NCBI GenBank assembly: GCA_019689655.1
Contig: JADGHC010000001.1
Span: forward strand, 1-58,790
DNA: 58,790 bases
Origin: Microbispora sp.
Lineage (GTDB): Bacteria > Actinomycetota > Actinomycetes > Streptosporangiales > Streptosporangiaceae
Direction: 5' to 3'
In this document: one piece after another, positions 34,395-43,857 of the stretch
How positions within the stretch are numbered: the stretch's first letter is position 1
Layout of the letters: the number at the start of each line of letters is the position of its first letter
Program-made: the position numbers and the translations under genes
Notes under the pieces: model-generated
The model's database searches: none
Seen by the model: the letters and a program-made list of their open reading frames with translations, nothing else
What the model was told of the DNA's origin: nothing

Positions 34395-35087
34395 TCAGCG
34401 CGTGCCGCGGAGGCGGTCGAGGGTCTGCTCCAGCTCGGCCTGCAGCACGTGGCCCGCGGCCTCGGCGTCGCCGCGTTCCACCGCCTCGACGAACGCCGCG
34501 TGGGTGTCGTCTCCCGGATTCGGGTCGTCCGCCCGCAGGCCGAGCAGGTCCACCAGGGCGATCAGCCCCTCCCGCAGGCGGGGGACGAACTCGGCGAACA
34601 GGTCGGTCAGCACCGGATTGTGCGCCGCTGCGACGACGGCCGCGTGCAGGGCGATGTCGGCGTCGACGAAGGCGGCGTCGTCGCCCCGCGCGGCCGCTCG
34701 CCTGGCCTCGAGCGCCGCCCGCAGCGCCGCCACGTCGTCCGGGGTGCGGCGCCGCGCCGCCAGCCGGGCGGCCTGCACCTCGACCAGCATGCGCACCTCG
34801 TAGACGTCGGTTACGGCGGCCCGGCGCAGACGGGCCGTCCAGTCCTCGGCGGGCCTGTCGGCGATGACGAAGACCCCGGCGCCCTGGCGTGCCTGGACCA
34901 GCCCGGCTCCGGCCAGGGCGCGCAGCGCCTCGCGGACGGTGGAGCGGCCCACGCCCAGGGTCTTGGCCAGGGTCGTCTCTCCGGGCAGGCGGGTGCCGAC
35001 CGGCCAGCGGCCCTCCGTGATCTGCTCGCGCAGTCTCTCGACGGCCTGGTCGACGAGGGGGCTGCGGTGGAGCGCGCCGAGCGCCAT
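34395..35087 (-). CDS. GntR/FadR-family regulator (FCD domain)
   Basis: GTRLPGE...LGVGRSTVREAL and ADIALHAAVVAAAHN. Confidence 0.9.
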   Translation of the reverse strand: MALGALHRSPLVDQAVERLREQITEGRWPVGTRLPGETTLAKTLGVGRSTVREALRALAGAGLVQARQGAGVFVIADRPAEDWTARLRRAAVTDVYEVRMLVEVQAARLAARRRTPDDVAALRAALEARRAAARGDDAAFVDADIALHAAVVAAAHNPVLTDLFAEFVPRLREGLIALVDLLGLRADDPNPGDDTHAAFVEAVERGDAEAAGHVLQAELEQTLDRLRGTR

Positions 35088-35140
35088 CGCATCACCTCTC
35101 AGGTTGTCTGAGGAGTTGTCGTGGGGTTACCCTACCGCCC

Positions 35141-35188
35141 ATGACGCCGTTCGGCATCCTTCTTCTCGGTCGCCGCGGCGGGGCTTGA
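35141..35188 (+). CDS. Leucine-rich leader peptide of leuA (LEU element), MTPFGILLLGRRGGA
   Basis: 15-codon ORF with three consecutive Leu codons, followed by the hairpin CGGCACCCC/GGGGTGCCG upstream of the leuA RBS. Confidence 0.75.
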   Translation: MTPFGILLLGRRGGA

Positions 35189-35257
35189 TCCGATGACCGG
35201 CACCCCGCCGCGGGGTGCCGTGCTGCCGGTCGCCCCTCCGACCGAAGGATCACAACC

Positions 35258-37006
35258 GTGACCATCGCTTCCGCTCACTTCCCGACGCTTCGTACCCCCG
35301 ACGGCCCGGTGCCCGCCGACGCTCCCGCCTGGAATCCCCAGCGGGGCAGCGCGATGCCGTACCACCGCTACCGGCCGGCGCACGAGCGGGTCGAGATCCT
35401 CGGGATTCGGCGCACCTGGCCGGACCGCAGGATCGAGCGCGCCCCCCTGTGGGTGCCCGTCGACCTGCGCGACGGCAACCAGGCGCTGGCCGAGCCCATG
35501 GACACGCCGCGCAAGCGGCGCATGTTCGACCTCCTCGTCGCGATGGGCTTCAAGGAGATCGAGGTCGGCTATCCGTCGTCCAGCCGGACCGACTTCGACT
35601 TCATCCGTCACCTGGTCACCAGCGGCGCCGTGCCGGACGACGTGACCCCTGTGGTGTTCACGGCGGCCCGCCGCGACCTCATCGAGCAGACCTTCGCCTC
35701 GATCCAGGGCATGCCGCGCGCGGTGGTGCACCTCTACACCGCGACCGCGCCGGTCTGGCGGGACGTCGTGCTCGGGCAGGACCGGGCCGGGCTGCACGCG
35801 CTCATCCGGGAGGCGGCGGGTCACATCGCCAGGCTGGCCGACGCGATGCCGGGGACGGCGGTGCGGTTCGAGTTCTCTCCGGAGGTGTTCAACTGCACCG
35901 AGCCCGACTTCGTGCTGGAGGTCTGCAACGGCCTCACCCGGCTCTGGGACGCCTCGCCCGACCGGCCGGTGATCCACAACCTGCCCGCCACCGTCGAGAT
36001 CTCCACACCCAACCTGTACGCCGACCAGATCGAGTACATGCACCGCCACCTGGAACGGCGTGACGCGGTCATCCTCTCGGTCCACCCGCACAACGACAGG
36101 GGCACCGGGGTGGCCTGCGCGGAGCTCGCCGTACTGGCCGGGGCGCAGCGCGTCGAGGGCTGCCTGTTCGGCAACGGCGAGCGCACCGGGAACGTCGACC
36201 TCGTCACCCTCGCGCTCAACCTGTACGCGCAGGGGGTGGACCCGATGATCGACTTCTCCGACATCGACGTCATCCGGCGCACGGTCGAGGAGTGCAACCG
36301 CCTGCCGGTCCACGTCCGTCATCCGTACGGCGGAGACCTCGTCTACACGGCCTTCTCCGGAACCCACCAGGACGCGATCAGCAAGGGCCTGGCCCACCAC
36401 GAGCGCACGGCGGCCGAGCGGGGCGTGCCGGCGGGGGAGGCGCCCTGGTCGGTGCCGTACCTGCCGATCGATCCGGCCGACGTCGGCCGCACCTACGAGG
36501 CGGTCATCCGGGTCAACAGCCAGTCGGGCAAGGGCGGCATCGCCCACCTCCTCAAGGTCCACCACGGACTCGACCTGCCGAAGGCGCTGCGCGCCGAGTT
36601 CTCCCGCGTCGTCCAGGACGAGACGGACGACAGCGGGCGGGAGGCCACGGCGAAGGACCTGATCCGGTTGTTCCGCGCCGCGTACATGGCGGAGGACGGG
36701 CCGGTCACGCTGTCGTCGTGCACCGGCGACGGCGACGGCTTCCGCTGCGTGGTACGGCGGGACGGGCGGGAAAGCGAGGGGACCGGCGCGGAGCCGGCGG
36801 CGGCCGTAACCGCCGCGCTGACGGCGGCCGGGGTCGCGGTGGAGGTGCTCTGGCAGGGCGGGCATCCCGTGGAGGGCGGCGCCGTCTCCTACGTGCGGTG
36901 CCGTGCCGGCGGTGTGTCCGCCTGGGGCGCGGGCGAGGACGCCGACGCCGTGACGGCGTTCGCCCGGGCGGTGCTCGCCGCCGTCAACCGCGCCCTCGCG
37001 GAGTGA
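35258..37006 (+). CDS. leuA: 2-isopropylmalate synthase
   Basis: [36 protein letters not shown] and VNSQSGKGG. Confidence 0.93.
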   Translation: MTIASAHFPTLRTPDGPVPADAPAWNPQRGSAMPYHRYRPAHERVEILGIRRTWPDRRIERAPLWVPVDLRDGNQALAEPMDTPRKRRMFDLLVAMGFKEIEVGYPSSSRTDFDFIRHLVTSGAVPDDVTPVVFTAARRDLIEQTFASIQGMPRAVVHLYTATAPVWRDVVLGQDRAGLHALIREAAGHIARLADAMPGTAVRFEFSPEVFNCTEPDFVLEVCNGLTRLWDASPDRPVIHNLPATVEISTPNLYADQIEYMHRHLERRDAVILSVHPHNDRGTGVACAELAVLAGAQRVEGCLFGNGERTGNVDLVTLALNLYAQGVDPMIDFSDIDVIRRTVEECNRLPVHVRHPYGGDLVYTAFSGTHQDAISKGLAHHERTAAERGVPAGEAPWSVPYLPIDPADVGRTYEAVIRVNSQSGKGGIAHLLKVHHGLDLPKALRAEFSRVVQDETDDSGREATAKDLIRLFRAAYMAEDGPVTLSSCTGDGDGFRCVVRRDGRESEGTGAEPAAAVTAALTAAGVAVEVLWQGGHPVEGGAVSYVRCRAGGVSAWGAGEDADAVTAFARAVLAAVNRALAE

Positions 37007-37076
37007 CCGGCCGGGCTCTCCCACTGTGGGAGGCTCGCTGCCGGGCAAGGACACCGTCGGCATGAGGAGGGCGAGC

Positions 37077-37777
37077 ATGGGCACCGTGAAGGACGTCGAG
37101 GCTCATGGCATGCGGCACTGCGAGACGACCGCGCTGGGGGTGCTGCTGCGGCATGAGGGGCTCGACCTGTCGGAGCCCATGCTGTTCGGGCTGGGGGCGG
37201 GCCTGTCGTTCGTCTACTGGGACGCCAAGGCCATGCCGGTCCCCTTCCTCGGGGGCCGCGTCAAGCCGTTCGAACTCACCAGGAACCTGTGACCGCCAGG
37301 AACCGTTCCTTCACCATCACCCTGCCGGCCCGTCCGATCGCCTGGCAGGACCGGATCATCCCCGCCATCAAGGATTGCGCGGCCGCCTTCCTCGCCGCTC
37401 CCATCGCGAACCTGGGCTACCGGGGCATCGAGAAGGCCGCCACGCAGGTGCCCGGATGGCTGCGACGCGCCGCCGAGCCGCGGCGGGACCTCCCGCAGGC
37501 CGCCCTGCTCATGGAGAAGGGCGGCACCGGCGGGGCCCTGTTCCGCGCCCTCTACCGGGACTTCCTCGGCGAGTGCACCGGCCTGATCGAGGACGGCAAC
37601 CTGCGCACGGGCCACCGGCTGTACGCCGAGGCGGCCGTGCTGTGGACGCAGGTCTCCACCCTGGTCGCGAAGGCCGGGGAAAGCGGCGACGCGGGATGCC
37701 TCGAACAGGCCGGCGCCGTCCTCCGTGACCTGTCGCGCATCGAGAGGGAGGCCATGCAGGCGCTTTCCCGGTTGTAG
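37077..37777 (+). pseudogene. BtrH_N/DUF4872-like gene broken by an out-of-frame internal deletion
   Basis: N-part (HCETTALG..LSEPMLFGLGAGL) stops at 37292; C-part (GGTGGALFRALYRDFL) resumes in another frame; middle missing. Confidence 0.7.
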
Positions 37778-37838
37778 CCCGCGCGAGCGTCACCCCTCAC
37801 GGGCCGGCCTAGAGGGCGACGAGTTCGACGTGCGGGTG

Positions 37839-38444
37839 CTATAGCCAGCCGTTGTGGCGGGCCAGGCGGGCCGCCTCGATCCGGTTCCTGGTGCCGGTCT
37901 TGCCGATGGCCGACGACAGGTAGTTGCGCACCGTGCTCTCCGACAGGTGGAGGCGGGCCGCGATGTCGGAGATCGTCGAGCCGTCGGACGCCGCCGCGAG
38001 CACGTCCCGCTCCCGGTCGGTCAGCGGGCTCGGGCCGGTGCTCAGCGCGGCCGCCGCGAGTGCGGGGTCGATGACCCGCTCACCGCGCAGCACGCGGCGG
38101 ATGGCGTCGGCGAGCTCCTCGACCGGGCCGTCCTTGACCAGGAACCCCCGCGCCCCCGCCTCCATCGCGCGGCGCAGGTAACCGGGCCGCCCGAAGGTCG
38201 TGAGGATGAGCACGGCGCACTCCGGCAGGCGCTCGCGCAGGTCGGCGGCGGTCTCCAGGCCGCCGCGGCCCGGCATCTCGATGTCGAGCAGGGCCACATC
38301 GGGCCGGGTGCGCAGCGCGGTGTCCACCACCTCGTCGCCGTGCCCGACCTGGGCGACGACCTCGATGTCCTCCTCAAGACCGAGGAGCAGGGCCAGCGCG
38401 CCCCGCATCATGCCCTGGTCCTCCGCCAGCAGCACCTTGATCAC
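37839..38444 (-). CDS. DesR-like response regulator
   Basis: LLAEDQGMMRGAL, TTFGRPGYLRRA and TVRNYLSSAI. Confidence 0.92.
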   Translation of the reverse strand: MIKVLLAEDQGMMRGALALLLGLEEDIEVVAQVGHGDEVVDTALRTRPDVALLDIEMPGRGGLETAADLRERLPECAVLILTTFGRPGYLRRAMEAGARGFLVKDGPVEELADAIRRVLRGERVIDPALAAAALSTGPSPLTDRERDVLAAASDGSTISDIAARLHLSESTVRNYLSSAIGKTGTRNRIEAARLARHNGWL

Positions 38445-39595
38445 TGCCCGTCCTTCCTCGCGTGCGGCTCCGCGGCGTACGGCACGGCCACCCGGAGCTG
38501 GAATCCGCCATCCGTTAACGCCGCGGCCCGCACGGTGCCGCCGGCGGCCTTCACCCGCTCACGCAGGCCGATCAGCCCGTTGCCGTGCCCCTTGCCGGGC
38601 CCGGGGGTCTTCTTGGGCGGGCCGTCGTCGCGGATCTCCAGCTCCAGGAGCCCGCCGTCGTCGCGCAGGTCGATGGCGCAGGCCGCCGCGCCGCTGTGCC
38701 GTATGACGTTGGTCACGCCCTCGCGCACGGCCCAGCCGAGCAGCGCGTCGATCTCGGGACCTGGCCGGACGGAGGAGGTGCGGATGGTCGCCTCGATGCC
38801 GGCGTCCGCGAGCGCGGCGCGCGCGGAGTCCAGCTCGGCGGCGAGCCCCCTGCCGCGGTAGCCGGTGACCGCGGCCCGCACCTCCGTCAGCGCCTGCCGC
38901 CCGATCTGTTCGATGTCGGCCGCCTGCCCGGCCGCCGCGTCCGCGTCCACCCGCACCAGACGGCGTACGGCCTCGGCCTTGACGACCATGACGGAAAGGG
39001 TGTGGCCGAGCAGGTCGTGCAGGTCGCGGGAGAATCGCAGCCGCTCCTCGGTCACCGCGGCCCGGGCCAGCTCCTCGCGGGTGGCCTTGAGCTCGTGGAT
39101 GGCCTCCCACAGCCGGATGATGATCGCCGGGATCAGGCCGGAGGTGAACGTGCCCCAGACCAGCGCGAGGACGCCGCTGAGGCCGGCGTCGGCCCGTACG
39201 GCCAGGGCCAGGCCGGCCGCGCACTCCGCGATCAGCGCCACCGGCAGGGCCTTGCCGCGTACGGTGGTCCCGGTGGCGACGGCCAGCATGACGACCAGGT
39301 AAAGCCAGTTGCCGCCGAACCCCACGACCGACACCAGGACGACCACCGCGAGCAGCCCCAGCACCGGCAGCGCACGCCGCCGGTCGGCGAAGGCGTAGTG
39401 CGTGGTGACCAGGTAGAGCCCGGCGGCGGTCAGCGCGGCGGGCCAGGCCAGCCACAGCGGGCGGGAGCCGCCGTGCGTGATGTCCCACACCGGCGCTCCC
39501 GCCAGAGCCGCCCACACATACATGCCCTTGGCGTCCGGGCCGCGCTCGCCCTCCTTCAGCGGGTCGAGCCAGGTGTCGCGTTCGTTCGTGCGCAC
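38441..39595 (-). CDS. DesK-like sensor histidine kinase
   Basis: ERLRFSRDLHDLLGH, EGVTNVIRHS and GNGLIGLRER; start approximate. Confidence 0.88.
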   Translation of the reverse strand: MRTNERDTWLDPLKEGERGPDAKGMYVWAALAGAPVWDITHGGSRPLWLAWPAALTAAGLYLVTTHYAFADRRRALPVLGLLAVVVLVSVVGFGGNWLYLVVMLAVATGTTVRGKALPVALIAECAAGLALAVRADAGLSGVLALVWGTFTSGLIPAIIIRLWEAIHELKATREELARAAVTEERLRFSRDLHDLLGHTLSVMVVKAEAVRRLVRVDADAAAGQAADIEQIGRQALTEVRAAVTGYRGRGLAAELDSARAALADAGIEATIRTSSVRPGPEIDALLGWAVREGVTNVIRHSGAAACAIDLRDDGGLLELEIRDDGPPKKTPGPGKGHGNGLIGLRERVKAAGGTVRAAALTDGGFQLRVAVPYAAEPHARKDGQ

Positions 39596-39615
39596 AGCTA
39601 CGTCACCGTACCGGG

Positions 39616-40341
39616 TCAGGCCCGGCGACCGGCGCGGCGGTAGCCGTACACCGCGTAGACGGCGAAGACGAGCATCCATCCCAGCAGCAGGACGATCTGG
39701 TGGATGGTGGGGGGATCGCCGAACGCGATCCGCCAGGACAGGCCCGCGTAGTTGTTCGACGGGGTCCACTCGGCGATCACCTTCAGCCAGGACGGGAAGT
39801 TCTGAACCGGCACCCACAGGCCGCCGACGATGGACAGCGTCAGCATGGTCGCGAGGTTGGCCATCGCCGCCGTCTGGCCGGACAGGCGGTAGCCGTTGCC
39901 GAGGCCGAGCAGGGAGAACGGCACGGTGCCCGCCCACAGGAGCGCGACGATCGCCAGCCACTGCTGCGGCGCGAGCGTGACGTGGTTGACCAGGACGCCG
40001 GACAGCAGCACGGCCGCGATGCTCGGCACCACGCTGACCGCTCCGATGAGGACCTTCCCGGCGACGACCTGGGCGGGGGCGAGCGGGGTGAGCCGCAACT
40101 GGCGCAGCCATCCCGCCGCGCGGTCCTCCGCGATGCCGGTGCCGTTGTTGAACGCGCTGCCGAGCGCGCCGTACGCGGCCATGCTGACCATCGTGTAGAT
40201 CGCGGCGTCGTGCCGGTCGCCGGGGGCCAGGCCGAGGTTGGTGAAGAGGAGATACATGACGACCGGCATCACGATCCCGAAGATCACATAACCGCCGTCG
40301 CGCATGGTCCTGATGAGTTCGAGTCGTACGTATCCGAGCAT
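39616..40341 (-). CDS. ABC-2 transporter permease
   Basis: Six TM segments; EDRAAGWLRQLRLTP. Confidence 0.88.
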   Translation of the reverse strand: MLGYVRLELIRTMRDGGYVIFGIVMPVVMYLLFTNLGLAPGDRHDAAIYTMVSMAAYGALGSAFNNGTGIAEDRAAGWLRQLRLTPLAPAQVVAGKVLIGAVSVVPSIAAVLLSGVLVNHVTLAPQQWLAIVALLWAGTVPFSLLGLGNGYRLSGQTAAMANLATMLTLSIVGGLWVPVQNFPSWLKVIAEWTPSNNYAGLSWRIAFGDPPTIHQIVLLLGWMLVFAVYAVYGYRRAGRRA

Positions 40342-41258
40342 CACACGCTCTCCTTGTCGGTGGCCGGGGCGGCGTCGGTGGTCAGTGCGACGAAGGCGTC
40401 CTCCAGGTCCGCGGGGACCACCTCCAGATCGCGTACGGCGCCCGCGCGGGCGAGCGCCATGACGGTGGCGTCGGAGTCGCCGCTGCGCAGGTGGACCCGG
40501 GTGCCCTTGACTTCCATGTGGCGCACGCCGGGCAGGGTGGCGAGCCAGGAGCACTCGCCTTCGGCGGTCACGCTCACCGTGGTCAGCGCCGTGGCCTGTT
40601 TGATCTCCGCGCTGGTGCCGTCGGCGATCACCCGGCCGTGGCCGAGCACGATGACGCGGTCGGTGTGCTCGTCGGCCTCGTCCAGGTAGTGCGTGGAGAA
40701 CAGGATCGTCTTGCCCCGGCTGGCCAGCCCGCGCATGCTCTCCCAGAACTCGCGCCGGGCCGCCACGTCCAGCGCCGCGGTGGGCTCGTCGAGGACGATG
40801 AGGTCGGGGTCGCCGCACACCGCCATCGCGAACCGCACGCGCTGCGCCTGCCCGCCGGACAGCCGGTCCACCCGGCGGTCGCGCAGGTCCTCGATCCGCG
40901 CGAGCGTGAGCACCTGGTCGAGGGGGAGGGGAGCGGAGTATGTCCCGGCCACGAAGGTGAGCAGTTCGCGGACCGTGACACGCGGGATGAGGCCGCCCTC
41001 TTGCGGCATCGCGCCCACCATGCCCTGCCGTACGGCCTGCTCGGGCTCGAGGCCGAAGAGCGCGGCGTGCCCGGAGTCGGGCGGCAGCAGTCCGAGCAGC
41101 ATGGCGATGGTGGTCGACTTGCCCGCGCCGTTGGGGCCGAGGAGCGCGACGGTCTGGCCGCGGGGGATGGTGAGCGTGAGCCCGTCCACGGCCCGTACGG
41201 GGCCGAAATGCTTGGTCGCCGAGGTCAGGGACACGGCATCGGAGGTGTTCGTTGTCAC
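40341..41258 (-). CDS. ABC transporter ATP-binding protein
   Basis: GPNGAGKST, LSGGQ, LDEPT and STH motifs. Confidence 0.92.
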   Translation of the reverse strand: MTTNTSDAVSLTSATKHFGPVRAVDGLTLTIPRGQTVALLGPNGAGKSTTIAMLLGLLPPDSGHAALFGLEPEQAVRQGMVGAMPQEGGLIPRVTVRELLTFVAGTYSAPLPLDQVLTLARIEDLRDRRVDRLSGGQAQRVRFAMAVCGDPDLIVLDEPTAALDVAARREFWESMRGLASRGKTILFSTHYLDEADEHTDRVIVLGHGRVIADGTSAEIKQATALTTVSVTAEGECSWLATLPGVRHMEVKGTRVHLRSGDSDATVMALARAGAVRDLEVVPADLEDAFVALTTDAAPATDKESV

Positions 41259-41338
41259 GAAGACGAAGGTAGGCGGGTGCCGCGGGCCCGAGTAGATCAA
41301 TCAATACGGCCCTGGGCAGTACAAAAGTCCCATCCAGG

Positions 41339-41358
41339 GAATCTACAATGTAAAGGCG
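41339..41358 (+). other. Motif copy C
   Basis: GAATCTACAATGTAAAGGCG, 19/20 identical to 56827-56846. Confidence 0.65.
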
Positions 41359-41489
41359 TCGGGGTGGTACTCGAACCTGGCACGGAGCGCTGCGAGACCG
41401 CCGGAGTGAAAGAGCATCGGCTAATGACCGGTGACCAGCTCACGCAGCTCCCGCGTACGCCGGGTGCCCGGTCGCGATCAGCTGCTTGA

Positions 41490-41690
41490 CCTGGGCGAGT
41501 GGGACCGGCGGATTCCGCCGATGGTGGCGGTTCTCACGCCGGCGGACGGGGGAGTGCGGGTGACCGGCCGCGCGAACGGCTGGACGGCATGGCGCAGCGG
41601 CTGGCCGGCCTCGGCGTGCCGTTCACCGTGGTCGGGCCGCCCGAACTACGGCAGGAGGTGCGGGCGCTCGCCCGCCGCCTGAATGAGTGG
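41490..41690 (+). pseudogene. C-terminal remnant of a YafY/WYL-domain regulator (frameshifted)
   Basis: RRIPPMVAVLTPADGGVRVTGR, then in another frame ERLDGMAQRLAGLGVPFTVVGPPELRQEVRALARRL; no HTH/WYL N-terminus. Confidence 0.6.
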
Positions 41691-41756
41691 GCCCGACCAG
41701 GCCGCCGAGGGCTGACGTGGCGTCCCGGTAAGGAGCGCCGGGTGGTACGGCTTTTG

Positions 41757-42854
41757 TCAGGCGCGGCCGAACCGGGAGGCGAACCGTGCGGTGAACAGGT
41801 CGGCGCCCTTGCGTTCGTAGACCGTCTCGGCCGTGACCGCGGCGACGCCGTCCGGTGTGGGGAGCTGGCCGATGCCCGTGCGCGTCCCCAGCGGAAGCAG
41901 GATTCTCCGCTCGGATGTCGCGGTGTGAACGGCGTCCGGCTGGTCGCCGGCCAGCTGAGCTCTGAGGTTCTTCACCACGATGTCTGCATGGGTCATCGCG
42001 TAGGAGGCCATCTTGGGGTCGGGAAGGGCGACGATGTCTCCGATCGCGTAGATGTGTTCGTAGCCCTGGACGTTCAGTCGTTCGGTGACCGGGATTGTGT
42101 TCTGCTCGGTCAGCGGCGAGAGGGAGCCGTCGGCCAGGTAGCCGGTGTTGATCTCGACCCCGAAGGCTTGGAACCAGATGTCTGCCACGATCTGTTCGCC
42201 CGTGTCGGTGGTGACCGCGAAACGGCCGGCCCGACCGGCCTCGACGGTCGGCAACGCGGTCAGAGCAGTGCCCAGCCGCACGTCGATGCCGAGCTCGTCC
42301 AGCCGGTGGCGCAGCTCGTTTCGCACCTCGGGAAGGAAGCCGGGGAGCAACTGATCGGCCCTGTCGAGGACGACCACGTACTTGTCCGGCCAGACGTCCT
42401 TGATCTCCCCGGCGAGCTCCAGGCCGACCGGGCCGGCGCCGAGGATGAGCACGCGGCCGGCGCCGGCCAGCTCCTTGTGTGTCTCGCGCAGATCGTCCAG
42501 CTGCTGGGCGATGCTCGTCGACGCATGGCGCGGTTTGGCTGGATACGGGTAGCTGGAACCGGTGGCCAGAACTAGATAATCAGCCTCGACCCGCTCACCC
42601 GAAGCGAGCGTGACGCCCTTCGGGTCCACCGAGACGGCCCTGTCGCGGATCACTCGCCCCCGTTGGAGCAGCGTCGCGAACGGGAAAAACGCGTTGTGCG
42701 CCCAGTGCGGGCGAGTCAGCGCCCGCAGCGACGCGGCTGCGTTGACGAAGGCCTCCCGGGGATCGATGAGCGTGACGTCGGCCTCGGAGTCCAGCTCCTT
42801 GGCGACCAGCGACCCTCCATACCCTCCCCCGACGACCACCACTGTCTGATTCAT
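41757..42854 (-). CDS. FAD-dependent pyridine nucleotide-disulfide oxidoreductase (AIFM2/FSP1-like)
   Basis: VVVGGGYGG, LATGS, GAGPVGLELAGE and IYAIGD. Confidence 0.88.
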   Translation of the reverse strand: MNQTVVVVGGGYGGSLVAKELDSEADVTLIDPREAFVNAAASLRALTRPHWAHNAFFPFATLLQRGRVIRDRAVSVDPKGVTLASGERVEADYLVLATGSSYPYPAKPRHASTSIAQQLDDLRETHKELAGAGRVLILGAGPVGLELAGEIKDVWPDKYVVVLDRADQLLPGFLPEVRNELRHRLDELGIDVRLGTALTALPTVEAGRAGRFAVTTDTGEQIVADIWFQAFGVEINTGYLADGSLSPLTEQNTIPVTERLNVQGYEHIYAIGDIVALPDPKMASYAMTHADIVVKNLRAQLAGDQPDAVHTATSERRILLPLGTRTGIGQLPTPDGVAAVTAETVYERKGADLFTARFASRFGRA

Positions 42855-42933
42855 TCCCGCTCCTCGGCGCATCGCCGTCGTTGGCGGCATGCGCGGCGCA
42901 TCGTGACGAAAGGCCGTGCCGAACACGACCCGA

Positions 42934-42979
42934 AGTTGACGTGACAACTATAAGCACGAGGTGAGTTGTCGCGTCAACT
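42934..42979. promoter_or_regulatory. Paired MarR-type operators
   Basis: AGTTGACGTGACAACT (42934-42949) and AGTTGTCGCGTCAACT (42964-42979), near-perfect inverted copies between divergent genes. Confidence 0.7.
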
Positions 42980-43000
42980 GAGGGCCGTTATGGTGGTGTC

Positions 43001-43603
43001 ATGGCGAAGCCCCGCACACTGGAACCCGAGCAGTGGGAGCTTTGGGAGAGCTGGATGCAGGCGCAGCGTCTCCTGGCCCGTGAGCTGGACCGTGATCTGC
43101 GGCGCGACTTCGGCATCTCCAAGGCCGAGTTCAGCGTGCTCGTGACGCTCCACCGGGCGGCCGAGGGCCGGATGCGCGTGGGCGAGCTCGCCGAGTCACT
43201 CGCCTGGGAGAAAAGCCGGGTGGCGCACCAGCTGACGCGGATGGAGAACCGCGGACTCGTGCACAGGACCGAGGACCGGTCCGGCCGCCGGACCGGGGTC
43301 GGACTGACCGCCAAGGGCCGCGGTGCCGTGGAGGACGCCATCCTGGGGCACGCGGACAACATCCGCCGGTACTTCTTCGAAACGCTCACGCCCGAGCAGG
43401 CTGCGGCCATCCACGTGTGGAGCCGGCAGGTGGTCGACCGTATCCAAGCGCGTTCCGGTGAGGGCGCCGATGGGGTCACCGCGGACAGGAGTCCCGGACC
43501 CGAATCGCAGCGGCTCCATCCCGACAACCAGGACCGGCAGCGGGAGGCGAACGGCCGCGAACACTGCCCTGACCCGTGGATATCGACGCCCGGCCGGGCG
43601 TGA
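43001..43603 (+). CDS. MarR-family regulator
   Basis: AEFSVLVTL, MRVGELAESLAWEKSRVAHQLTRMENRGLV. Confidence 0.88.
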   Translation: MAKPRTLEPEQWELWESWMQAQRLLARELDRDLRRDFGISKAEFSVLVTLHRAAEGRMRVGELAESLAWEKSRVAHQLTRMENRGLVHRTEDRSGRRTGVGLTAKGRGAVEDAILGHADNIRRYFFETLTPEQAAAIHVWSRQVVDRIQARSGEGADGVTADRSPGPESQRLHPDNQDRQREANGREHCPDPWISTPGRA

Positions 43604-43744
43604 GGGTCTGGCCACGGCGTGCTGGTGATACGTGCCGGCGGGGCGGCAGCGGGATGCCGGTCGGCGAGGCGACCGAGGCGGAGTCCTCCAGCTCGCCGAC
43701 GGGGAGAAACCGGGTGACTCACCCGGCTCGCCGTCCCGGCTACC

Positions 43745-43803
43745 GCGAGAGCGGCTGGATCAGCGGCCAGTGCGTCGAGGTCTCCGGCGGCATCTTCCTG
43801 TGA
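43745..43803 (+). pseudogene. 3-prime remnant of a short-chain dehydrogenase gene
   Basis: ESGWISGQCVEVSGGIFL-stop resembles the SDR C-terminal signature; no upstream SDR body. Confidence 0.5.
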
Positions 43804-43857
43804 CCACCGGAGGGAGCCCCCGGTGCGGTGCCGGGCGCTGCTCGGCCCGCCCGGGCT

